Origin: Haliotis rubra
Lineage: Eukaryota
Length of the DNA: 64,000 nt
NCBI RefSeq assembly: GCF_003918875.1
Contig: NW_025767002.1
Span: 682,001 to 746,000, forward strand
Direction of reading: 5' to 3'
Below, piece by piece: positions 13,146 through 25,477 of the stretch. Below the pieces are notes generated by a model. That model searched no databases, was not told the origin of the DNA, and saw only the letters and a program-made list of their open reading frames with translations. A program made the translations under genes and the position numbers. Within the stretch, counting starts at the first letter, position 1; each line of letters begins with the position of its first letter.

Positions 13146-14856
13146 CATATAAAACTAGAAGTTGCGTTTAAAACAACTAAAGAATTATGAGTAAGATAAA
13201 TTTTATATTTATCAACAGATTTAAAATTTACGCATATTTCTCTCGACCTTCATAATTTAAATTTATAGGAATTCCTGAAAAAATGATAAAAAGAAGAGTT
13301 ATCATAAAGTTCAAAGAGGCGCCATGGTACTATTAATACTAGAATGGCATTTATACTTGATGAGGGCACGTTGTCTCTTACCATGGGCCCTAAATGAGTA
13401 TGAATATAATCAATTTCAGTCATTAATTAAAGTTTATACTATTGCAACGACACACGATAATGTTGATGCCATGTCATAAACTTACTACAGGATTATTTCA
13501 AATGACCCTTAAGACGCCCGTTAGTATTTCATCTTTACATGTCATATCTTCTTTCGGCGGGTTACCACTAATTCATCTAATTACTTTTGCCATTTATTGT
13601 TCCGGCACGATTTTTACTAATGATATCATGTCTTGGGTTCCTATTATTTAATCAACTTAAACTAATTCATAGTTTAATTGTATACATTTCCTTGAATTAT
13701 ATTAGTCCACCGTGAATGTTATAACAAACGAAAAGTAGGCAATAAAACAAAGTTTCCCATTGCGATTCTTTAATGAACTCACTACAATAAAGCAGGGGAA
13801 AAATCAAAGTATTCTTGCATCGAAATTCTTTGAATAACTAAACACAGAGATTCCCCGGTGGTACTTGCTGTTTGGTACAGTGTTGACGAAGTAAGGGCAT
13901 AACGTTGATGGTGTCTCGAGGTACATGCACAAATGAATCGCATAGATTCCTCGAGCACCATTTCTGCTACGCAATGTATGCTGAACACTAGTCCTATCCA
14001 TTAGGCAAATAAAGATCGCAGAAAATTATCCGTTAGTTGGTAAGAGAAAGAAAACATAGAGTAACATTGGAAAATTCTATTGTGGAATATTTTGCTACCT
14101 CGCCAAATTGCCTGTGCATTGGAAACAAAAGAGCATACATTTGGTTTTGCTTTCGCCAGATCCGCTACAGCTGTGTTTTGGAGGGAAAGCGGTACAAGTA
14201 CAATATCGAAACAAAAACAGGTGTCTCGCGCCTTCTCACCCCGTCTTTAGTGCATCGGGCTGGGCCGCAGCCTGGATAACCACACCCAAATACGCCACAT
14301 GGTCAAGTAGAGTTTTATACAAAGGGAGACAACCGGTACGCATACAAGGAAAGTGAGAGTGAAAGCACGTGAGTCCGCAGCTGGCACGAGCGCGGCACGA
14401 GAGCTAGCAATAGAATTGCTAAATTACATCCAAAAAAATATAAATGTTTATTTTGAAATACCAGGCACCTTTGCCTTCGATTCTTAAAAACACGGTTTAA
14501 AAACCGATGTCATAATTTCAACCAAATGAGCCCTTTGATGATCGTCGTTGATCTAACAAGACGCATTTGGGGAAACCCGACGCGTCCAGATCCATAGCAA
14601 CATACCGATGCGCGCCAAGCAAGCTGATCAAAGAATATTGTTCTAATTTGTAGAATATCATCACAGTTTATTTTTTGCTGGCGAACAGTAAATAAACTTG
14701 ATAATTCCGTTAAGTCGACACTTCAAACATCTTACTGGCCCGAGGATAGATGGTCCGTTTCTCTTTGATCTATGCCGGTCTACCTGTTTTTCCCATCCTA
14801 CCTCTATAAGATAAAAGACTTCTGCTTACCCCAAAACCGCAACCTTGTTGACACCA

Positions 14857-14941
14857 GTTTCCATGGTTACCGACAAAATGGACGCGGACCCCATTTAAAT
14901 ATAGATCACGGAAGTAAACGTTTAGGTAACTCTATTTGCAT
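14857..14941. promoter_or_regulatory. Putative cis-regulatory motif cluster
   Basis: X-box-like GTTTCCATGGTTAC (14857), ETS CGGAAGT (14909) and octamer ATTTGCAT (14934) within 85 bp. Confidence 0.3.
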
Positions 14942-15649
14942 ATGAGTCAAATATCAAAGGAAAAATGGCTGGCTTTCTTGGCCGAGGCATCGGACTGTTT
15001 CTTTATTGTGATGGTTCCGATTGATCACCAGACTGAACGGTCTATTCCGTTTGTTTCTCAAAGTGGAATAACTGTCACACGAATGTTTCACTAATCTATC
15101 ATAATTTGGTAGTGGTGGGCTTTCAGGGAAAATTGTGTATAGAAGTTAGTTTGTAAAAGCCCTTTGCTACACATACAAATCGCATTTCTTCACATACAAA
15201 CCACACAATGAACAGAGACGAAAACGATCCCAGAGTAATAACAAACCAAATTTTGTTAGGTTCTTATTGAAGTGGGTTCTGTGATATCGTTAGTTTAGAA
15301 GATTTGCGGTCTAAATTTACAATAGTAATGATCATATTTCTAGAAATAACAGATGTAGTATTTAGATGAAATAGCTACTAAGTTCTCTGGTTTGACATTT
15401 TAAGTTCACAAATTACCGACAGTTACAAATCGATAATACGGAGACCGATGGTTATAGGACGTGTACGTACAAGTGTTGACACACAAGTACGTATGTACAC
15501 ATGACATGGTAATATTGTTGATGTTTGATGAGAACTGACTGTCAGGGTTAAAGAGTTTCACTGTTCAAGTGAATGAGTGAGTGAGTTGAATAAGCCGCAA
15601 TATTCAAGCTATAATATGTAAGGTGACACCAGAAACGTGTTTCGTATAA

Positions 15650-15958
15650 TAATGATAACAAAAACAATAATAACAATAACGACGACAAATATGATGATAC
15701 TGATGACAACGACAACGATGATGACGACAATGAGGATGATGACTAATGACGACGACAATGGTAATGATGATGACGACAATGAGGATGATGATGACGACGA
15801 CGACGGCAATGAGGATGATGATAACGACGACAATGAGGATGAGGATTATGACGACGACAATGAGGATGATGCTGATCATGATGCTAACGACAAAGCTGCT
15901 GGTGGTGTGGATGATGACCACAATGAGGATGGTGATGATGATGATGATGATGATCTGA
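15650..15958. repeat. Compound (GAT/GAC/AAT)n trinucleotide microsatellite
   Basis: Repeated GACGACAATGAGGATGATGAT; several frames open on both strands. Confidence 0.9.
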
Positions 15959-17767
15959 TCTCTGTATGTAATAATAACAGAAGCGACTGAAATGTTTACA
16001 TGTTCGTATGAAAAATAACAATGTACTTCCAGCGGACAAAACGGTATTTGTGTAACAGATTAAGGAATTTCTTTGTGGCGGATAACTATTGTTGAAGTGT
16101 CATTTGCATGTGAATTCCTGATTGAATATAGCAACTGTTGAGTGGAGGGTAGACGTACTTGGAAACACGAGTACCACTCGGGGGTACAATCGCAGGAAAT
16201 GACTGTGGTCGTGTGATCACGTGGTCTAATTTGGTCCCTAACGCTGACTTTGATAGGAGGAATGTGGAAAACTCGGTGAGATACGTCGTTTCTTGCTTTC
16301 CTCAACTTCCTGAACAATAAGTCGTCACTTTCAGTGTGGTCGGAAATCATCGCTAGATTAAAGTTGAGATTATTATGGTTTACTTCCGGTCAGTCGTTAC
16401 AGTCATTGACAGTTTCGTATTGTACGTGGCTCATGTGAACCGTATAACGTGGGACATTACATGTTAAACAAGGAGAAGCTCTGAAAGTTACATTCTCCAT
16501 CTGTGAATATTGATGTGTAACTTCACAACAAAACCTGCCCTCCAGGCATCATTATGTGCCACTATCGTACATCAAATTTGCTTTGTCATCTCTTGAAGTA
16601 GTCAGGAATAAATACAAGTTATATTATTCATATTGTACGAATGCATATATGAACATATTCTCCCTGGTTGCGAAAAATACATTTGAACGTCTAAAAATAA
16701 TAAATTTGACGACGAATGACAAATCAGATATAATCTCTGATCGATCTGATAAGACACTGAATTTAAAGTACGATCATTTCCGTAATAAATGTCATCGGCC
16801 GGTGTCAATTGGGACATGACAGCTGTCCGTCAAAACGTATCACGTGACTCGAAGGAAGTCTCGTATAGTAACGGCAAATACGGGTTTCAGTCGTCAGTTA
16901 CCAAGTATTATTATACTGAACACAAACTGGTTACCCTCGACATGTTTATTGCTTGAGGTATTAAAAGGGCCTTTGCACCAGATAAGCACAAACGGTCATG
17001 AGTATCGGACGAAAAAACAATTTCCCTTACAACAGTGAAGGGAGTTTGTTGCATGTGCATTTTAGCTGTATAACAAATGAAATAACGCAGCACAATGTAT
17101 GGAACTTTGCAGTAAGCTATGTTGTCATAGAAACCGCACCACGAATTGTAACTGTTTTTATTGGAAAAATGTAAATGGGTATTAACTCCGATTTTTCAAA
17201 AAGCAAAATACTGACAAATATATATCTTTATGGTGAAGTATACTATCAAAGAATGAAAAAAAAACACGTTTTGTCTCCGAAACATCAATAACTATGATAA
17301 TAAATTAAGCATACATAGCTCAAGGGTGAATGTCAATCATTGTTTGTACATAACACAAATAGTCAGCTTTTGGCATATTGATATTTGCCACTTTTACACA
17401 ATTATGAACTTTGATTGCGTTCCTCTCAATACGTCAACTCTGCCTAAAGGTGTAAAAAATACCGGGGCCTCTCAATGCATAAAAGATTAAACTATTCCTC
17501 TGAGATTAAAAACGTGATTAAAGGTTTTTTTCATAATGGAGTTTCGGTGATATACCATAAGTAGAATTAACTTTTTACCTTTTTATAATATATCGCTATC
17601 ATATTGAAATCAACTCATATCTGAAACATTTATAATCTGCAGTATTATGTTTTCTTGATTTATATACATTTTCGACTTAGCAAACATTTCCGATAGTAAT
17701 ACATTCTCGATTACGATGCAACCTCCGCTGGTGCGTGTACCAATGTCAAAAACTAATTCTCGCATTC

Positions 17768-17933
17768 GAGTGAGTGAGTGAGTGAGTGAGAGTGAGTGAG
17801 TGAGGTTTTACGCCGCTTTTAGCAATATTCCAGCAATATCGCGGCGGGGGACACTAGACATGGGCTTCGCACGTTGTACCCATGTGGGGAATAGAACCCG
17901 AAAGCTTTAACGGCTAGGGTACCCCACCTCCCC
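17768..17933 (-). mobile_element. Family A SINE with internal deletion
   Basis: (GTGA)n then TTTTACGCCGCTTTTAGCAATATTCCAGC. Confidence 0.88.
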
Positions 17934-18377
17934 ATGCTTCCAAAGGCACAGAACGTTTTTTGTGAAAATTGGTACGAATGAAATATTGAGTCGGCTCTGT
18001 ACTTGATTATATTCTAAAATATATCACTAAATGTTTGTCCGATATACACATGATAGTTTGAGACTGTCATCCATTTCACGGACATTGTTCTGGTACGAAT
18101 CACCATGGACACAACTAAATCTAATCAACCTGAAAGGTACCACGTATTGTACATCTACGATATATGCTAATTTCATTATTTGTTGTATGCCAATTATATC
18201 ATTGTGATGGTTGTATAAGCGTGTTGTACACGTCTTAAATTGTTATTATGATTATAATACATAACACAGTTCCGTTGTAGACGCGTTGTGCACGTACTAG
18301 ACTGTAATTATGATCATATGTACATGACTGCATCCACCGATTAAAACAAGAAACTCAACATCATTATCTTGTTATCA

Positions 18378-18646
18378 AGTGAGTGAGTGAGTTTAGTTTT
18401 ACGCCACACTCAGCAATATTCCAGCTATATGGCGGCGGTCTGTATATAATCGAGTCTGGACCAGACAATCCAGTGATCAACAGCATGAGCATCGATCTGC
18501 GCAATTGGGAACCGATGACATGTGGCAACCAAGTCAGCGAACCTGACCACCCGATCCCGTTAGTCGCCTCTTACGACAAGCATAGTCGCCTGTTGTGGCA
18601 AGGATGGGTTGCTGAAGACCTATTCTACCCCGGATCTTCACGGGTC
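18378..18646 (-). mobile_element. Family B retroposon (full length)
   Basis: Ends CTTCACGGGTC; TSD TCTTGTTAT(C/G)AAG. Confidence 0.9.
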
Positions 18647-19302
18647 TCTTGTTATGAAGGTGATAGCTAGTCTGTCACACAGACCATGAAACAAATATAC
18701 CCAATGCAAGTCTAGAATGTGTGGCAAGACTAGGTTACCACATTTCAAGATGAAGAAAGTCTATGGGCACCTTTTTATTGCATTTAATTAACACAATTTA
18801 GAACCCGTTTTTTTGTAGAATAAACTGACGTTCAAAAGAAAGTACACACCTGATTCTTTGGTAAAATATTTTCTTTAAAACAGCATTAATATTTAAAAAT
18901 GTTTTGATTCTGCCTTGTCACAAACATTAATGCAAGTGTTTCCAAAACCCCACAGATATCGCACCCAATTACAACATTGCTTGAAAAATATTTATTTTTT
19001 GGGAGGGAATAGTCCCAAAATACCAGGTGTGTACTTACTTATGTACGTCAATATATGTCTATTTCGGAGGCCAGATGTTAGTCCTTGTGATGGCCAGTCT
19101 TGGACTCCATAATTACTAAATCTCTCAGTTAGCAGTAGGCCACAATCAGCAGGTATAATTCCGCCATTATGATACATTCGATATGTGATATCTTAGTTAG
19201 TATGGTACCTCGACTAATACAAAGTCTAGTTTAACTAACACTCTTGACTAAACTGTCAGGCAAAAGAAAGTATACATTTGAAGGTGGGACTTTGCTAAAA
19301 GA

Positions 19303-19540
19303 GTGAGTGAGTGAGTTTAGTTTTACGCTGCACTCAGCAATATTCCACTTATTTGGCGTCGGTCTGTAAATAATCGAGTCAGGACCAGACAATCCAGTGA
19401 TCAACAGCATGAGCATCGATCAACGCAATTGGGAACCGATGACATGTGTCAACCAAGTCAGCGAGCCTGACCACCCGATCCCGTTAGTCGCCTCTTACGA
19501 GAGGCATGGGAGATAAATTCTAACCCGTTTCTTCACGGGT
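19303..19540 (-). mobile_element. Family B retroposon
   Basis: TSD TTTGCTAAAAGA at 19291 and 19541. Confidence 0.9.
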
Positions 19541-22315
19541 TTTGCTAAAAGAAATTACATACGTTAGCAAAACGTCACTAGGTTGAAAATGGCCACGATA
19601 CACTACACGCGAAAGCTCCAGTACACAACCAGGATACTAAGTACACCTGCACTGATTAACAATTTCCTTTTTGTTTCATTTTAAGCCACGAAGTATACCG
19701 TCTTTTGCCCGGTAGTGTAGCTGACTCAACATGTACATGTTATTAGATTTGTTTTCAACCGCAAGTTATGGTAACTGTGACGTGTACTTCTTTTCACCCT
19801 CTAGTTAAATATACTACTCACACTTTGCTAAGGATCACACAAATTCGCAACTTTACTTAAACGTAGATTTATAATTTGAAATTGTGTCCATTTAAAACTA
19901 GATAAATAAGGATATGGTAACGCATCTTTAGGAAACAGCCACTGTAAGCTAACCGTATGCACTTGATGAGTAACCATAACAATTGTTTTCATGGCACCAA
20001 TCAACCATTTTGCAAATCATGGCAGGGGTCATTGACAAGTACACAACACCTGTCAATAGCAGGAATGGGATCCACAGGATTCAGTGATATGCTGAAACCT
20101 AGGATCCATGCTTACAATAGGCTTAGATATTTAAACCAAATTTGACCCCACATCATAGTTTTCTGTTGAATCAATGATTTGATCCCTAGCAAAGTGTGAA
20201 TAGTATAGATAACCACTAAATATTGACTCTTGACTAGTAAACATTATCGCTGATAAATATTCTCGACCACTATACATGCATAATTGATTTGATTTGTGTG
20301 TTTCGTTTGTTTGCATAATAAACATAACATACATGTATGTATACACATGAGAATTGTTTATTGTATTTCAAAACTTTCTTACTACGAAAAACATACAATG
20401 TGGTAAATTTGCCCATTTGTGTTAATACTGGTCTCGAAGGAATGGTTTCGTTTGCGTAAACTAGGACTTAAAAGTCTTTCCTTGTGATGTTTGATCTATA
20501 CGCACACCTATATTTACAGTCAAAGAAAGAGATTGTATTATTTTCAATGGTATATTGAATATGCATAAAATAGAAATAAAATGTGTCTATTGACCTAATA
20601 CTTGACGTAAACCCCGTCAAGGCGTTGGTATATCTACAATAAGATTAGTGTGATAACTTCGCCCTCTTTTATCGCGAATTAACTAGTTCTCTATAGGAGG
20701 TTCCTCCAAAGTTCCCATGAAGATCGCATCAATATTGACTTGACACATCTATCAGATCAAAATGAGAAATAAATTATGTGGGTCGAGATAAAGTAATATC
20801 CTCAGTGTTGATGACACGGTGAGATATCGATGATTTTCCGTAAGTTGTTTCCCCCGCTCGCTTTCCGCCCTCACTAAATCTCCCGTCTGTTCAAAATCAA
20901 GAGGTGAGATCAGATATGCGTTGGAGTTCCGCTGTTAGCGGCGAACTTGGGGTGCTTTGTCAAAGGAAGGACCAGGCTAGAATTTCATAATATCTCGGTC
21001 TCTCGCGACGGGACGACCGTTTTGTCAATAACGGGTCTTGTAGTGCATCCATATTGCTTTCTTCGGCCCAGTGCAGTGCAATAAATTTCTGCGAAAATAA
21101 ATAAACGGATAATTTTCAAACGGCGATTGATCGTGCCGCTGTGAGGGGAGCGAGCACGTGCGGACAGGTGTGTGGTGTCGGCGGATCATTGGTAGTGTGA
21201 TCTATGTCGATACATAACTAACTCCTCATAAAGCCACGGACCCGCTCTACAAGCGATAAGTCAATACCGGGGGACTTTAATCAAACCCTTTATTGCGGAC
21301 AATATCAAATCTCGGCAAGAGTCGATCAGGCGGAGTGACTTACGTGCTATAACAATACGCGCGACACTGCGCACACACCCGTGCTGTGTTGGGGAGGTCA
21401 ATGGGTTACAACTTAATATGGCTGTGCGAATGCGGGTACGGGGCGGTTTACGTTGTCGCGAAGCACGCCTCCTTCCCTGTCTCGCTGTCGCAAACAACGG
21501 ACACGTCACGTAACGATAACCTGCCCCCAAAACATGAATAAAAAAACCAAACATGATTTTAAAAAACCAACAAGACACCTTCCATTCTTTACGACATACC
21601 CGTATTGACTTACAGCAGTATGCATCAGCGCCATCCGTGTCCCGTTCGAAAGTCGGTTAGGGTTGAACGTCAATGACGTTGTTTTTCAACGTCTCTAACT
21701 CGGTGTGTTGTTGCCGTATCGCTGACGCCCGCCAATACAAATATTTCCTCTATCGATCTTCCACGTGGGTTTCAAGTGCAAAGCCATTCGTATGTCACGC
21801 TTGAATACCGCCACAATCGATACAGCGATATGATCGCGCCAGTAAACTCACGGCGGCTCGCTGGCAATAGAAAGCGCCAAAATACTTAGCTGTACCACGA
21901 ACTATCTTGATTGGCCTGGATCTATTAATGGGGAGATAACTCATTTCACACCTGGCTCAGTCACTGAAGTGTCATTGCAACCTGTTTGACTTATCTTATT
22001 TTATCATAACCGTATGTATTTGACACGTGGCATAACTACTGGAATGTATTTGGAGCAGAATATCATAATAAGCTGTCGCATTTAAATAATTCCACATAAA
22101 TCGAAATTATTTCGTCCACGGTTTCTTTGATGTCGCATTGTGACTTAAAGCAATATCTGGTCTGGGCCATTCATTTATCTGGTATATATTAGAACTTAAA
22201 GCATTATATTAGCATGCCAATTTCAATTGTTTAGATTGTTATGATTAGTGAAAGGGTTTTGTCGGTGTTATTTGAAATTAGAAGAACATTGTACCTTGGC
22301 CCTCGATACTCCTGG

Positions 22316-22587
22316 GACCCGTGAAGATCCGGGGTAGAATAGGTCTTCAGCAACCCATGCTTGCCACAAAAGGCGACTATGCTTGTCGTAAGAGGCGACT
22401 AACGGGATCGGGTGGTCAGACTCGCTGACTTGGTTGACCACATGTCATCGGTTCCCAATTGCGCAGATCGATGCTCATGCTGTTGATCATTGGATTGTCT
22501 GGTCCAAAGTCGATTATTTACAGACCGCCGCCATATAGCTGGAATATTGCTGAGTGCGGCGTAAAACTAAACTCACTCACTCACTCA
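22316..22587 (+). mobile_element. Family B retroposon (full length), followed by an older partial copy (about 22625-22737)
   Basis: TSD CTCGATACTC(C/A)TGG at 22302 and 22588. Confidence 0.92.
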
Positions 22588-23310
22588 CTCGATACTCATG
22601 GAATCGCCAAAGTCATATTCTAAACTGCCCATCGATGCTTATGATGTCAATCCTTCGATTATTCGATTATTTACAGATTGCCCTCAGCTAGCTGAAATAT
22701 TGCTGAGGTCGACGTAAAACCGAACAAACAAACAAAAATTCCGGGAAAAGGACAGTACACACTCGAAAGCCAAAAAAATATGAAAAAATATTACAACGTT
22801 TCTAGGCTAAAACTCTGAAGCGGTAAAGCGATAATCAGGATACTATGATACTCATGAACTATGATATCCGTCTCAAATAAATACATTAAATTCCCCAACA
22901 GTTTTTGTTTATTTTTTTTCCATCTTAAAAAATGGGTGTGTATTTTCTTTCGTTCGACAGTTTATGTTCATTAAATAATGCAGGTATACAACTGTACTGA
23001 AGTCAGATATGATGTTCAGTCTGACTCCTTATGACTATTGGATAACAGACTCAAAAGTCATAAGACACATTGTTAGTTAGTTGAGAGTAGGATTGTTGTG
23101 GTTGAAACAATTACATCAAACGTGCAAGAGGCTCATACGGTACTATAGTATGTTGTTAGTTTTACCTTCCAAGAATAAAATCCCTTTCAGTAATCCCTCC
23201 ATCTCTTGCCACAACCTTATTCCTTCCTTTATCCTAACCCCTAGCCTTTCTCAAAGGCTGTACTGAGTGCTTAGCCTATGTATGCATTATGATTCTTTCC
23301 TTTATGAGGC

Positions 23311-23440
23311 TCACGCCGAAGACCCGGGTTCGAATCCCCACATGGGTACAATGTGTGAAGCCCATTTCTGGTGTCCCCGCCGTGATGTTGCTGGAATATT
23401 GCTAAAAGCGGCGTAAAACCAAACTCAGACAGTCAGTCAG
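23311..23440 (+). mobile_element. 5'-truncated family A SINE, (TCAG)n-tail subfamily
   Basis: TSD TCCTTTATGAGGC. Confidence 0.9.
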
Positions 23441-23559
23441 TCCTTTATGAGGCAAGTCTAGATAAGCGGACAGTCTTAGGACCCTAGTCTGTTATGCATA
23501 TGTTTTTAGAGATTATCATTTAAACTATTAATTATTGCCTTAGAGACGTGTGCGAGTCT

Positions 23560-23860
23560 ACCTAAACCCCTGCCACTCATCCCTCGAACCCCCTAATCAT
23601 CTTTCACCATCACTCTAACTCCTTAAAAACCTCGCCCGGGCCATCCTCACTCTCACTCCGTTAACCCCTCAACCCCACCCCTTACCCCTCAATCTGTCCC
23701 CCTAAACCCTTCCATCTAACCCCTTTCATTCCTTCCAATAACCCTCTCCATGTGCCATATACCCTTCTCTCCTACTCCCACCCAAATATCCCTTTCGCTA
23801 CCCCCTTCCTTGACCCCTCCTTTCAACCCCCATTCCCTTCTCTCCCTCTTCCCCAACGCA
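23560..23860. repeat. C-rich low-complexity tract
   Basis: Strong pyrimidine/C skew. Confidence 0.7.
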
Positions 23861-24610
23861 CAATGAGGGCCCAGCCTTATTGACAACAGCCGCATGAAGC
23901 GTGTCACGTTGACAATCAAGTAGATTTCGGTGATGACTTTTTGAATGCCTCTCCATGCTCGCCTCGTCAACATAAAGAATGTGTTCTGGTTCAATGTGAC
24001 ACTTCCCTACATCGCACAAAGCCGGTTGGGAAGCAGCTCGTCGGTCTGTGTTGATCGTTGCAAGCGAACGCAAACATCGGGTACCAACTAACATGATATT
24101 TATGTAAGCGTGCCTTTCAAAGAGGCAGTAAGTATTGTCATATACAGCGTTTTAGTCACGGAATTCTAACGTAAAGCTCAACAATGAAATGTGAACTGTT
24201 CTGAATTCCGTCCTCTGTATTGTACTGAGTTGGTGGGTCAAATCAGAGCTTTCCCTGGCCTCTATAAAGCTGGAGAAATGCACACAAATTGGAATAACTA
24301 TGTTTTCTTAATGAAAGCATTAAAGGGCAAGATGTATTTCTGTACTGGAAATGAACCTGTTGATACTGAAAGTGCAAGTCGGGGGAACTAATTAAAAGAA
24401 TGATGTTATATATATCCTGGAAACAGTTGCAGGTTCTGTGAATTCAGTGGATGTTTCCTTGTTATAGAGACGGTAGTGTTTGCATGTCGACGCTGTGAGC
24501 GCAAGTGCTTGTGGTAAAGTCAACACTGGTAGATAGATGTGCTTTTCACAATAAAGCAGTTGAGGGATTACGACCTAGTTATAGGGATTTTGTCTCCCTG
24601 TAGTTAATGT

Positions 24611-25040
24611 ACAAATCAAATCAAATCAAATCAAATATTTATTGTGCAAACGTTCCATGCAGAAACAGTGACAATATTCTATAAACTACATAAACAAGAT
24701 ATATAATGAATCACATATATATGATGAGCAACAAAACATATAATAATACAAATGTGTATAATAATAATGGCCTAGCACAATCAGATCTTCTATATTTGTT
24801 TAAAGTTGTACATGTGGTAGCAAATAATTTCTATACTATTTGGATCATTATTTCTTAAAAGGAGGTTAAATTTTTCAGTGGTAGTATAAGTCTGAGAAAG
24901 TTATTAATTTTAGAGGAAAGGGAGTTAAATAAGGACTTTCTTGCATCTGAATATTTAGTGCAACACATGAAATGGTGTTGTTCATCCTCAAGGACAGAGC
25001 ATTTATCACACAGACGGTCCTCCAAAGGTACATGCAAGAC
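24611..25040 (-). mobile_element. LINE 3' end (RTE-X-like), 5'-truncated
   Basis: Encodes C-terminal CCHC-type motif RLCDKCSVLEDEQHHFMCC; AATAAA then (ATTTG)n tail. Confidence 0.7.
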
Positions 25041-25384
25041 AATTTGAGATAATAATGAGAAAATTGTTTGGGTTGAATTTTTCAATACTAATCGTTATAT
25101 ATCAGTTGTATCTGGACTTGTCAAGGCTAAAACCCCCTGAACGATGCATCGCCCTTGTAATAACTGTCATCTTGTTAAGGGGAACGATTTCACGAGTTTT
25201 TGTTGACGGAATAAGTGAGTGAGTGAGTCATTTATCGGTGTAATCTCCAAGGGATGTTGTTTTTACAAACTGTATATAAGTACGTATTTGCATTAAATTG
25301 CTATGAGAAAAATACAGCCATCGTGTTTTGCATTGAAATGAGCAAGACAAGAGAATTTAACAATCTTATGGCAATGGCATTTTT

Positions 25385-25477
25385 GGGATACCAGAAATGG
25401 CTTCACACGTTGTTCCCATGTGGGGAATCGAACCCGAACCTTGAACGCTTTAACGACTAGGCTAGCCCACCGCCCCG
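25385..25477 (-). mobile_element. Partial family A SINE
   Basis: CCAGAAATGGCTTCACAC...GGGGAATCGAACCCG. Confidence 0.75.

Noticed and set aside
15637-15990. Asp-rich ORF resembling an acidic shell-matrix protein
   Set aside because: Trinucleotide microsatellite with multiple frames open, no signal peptide or unique domain; only RNA-seq could rescue it
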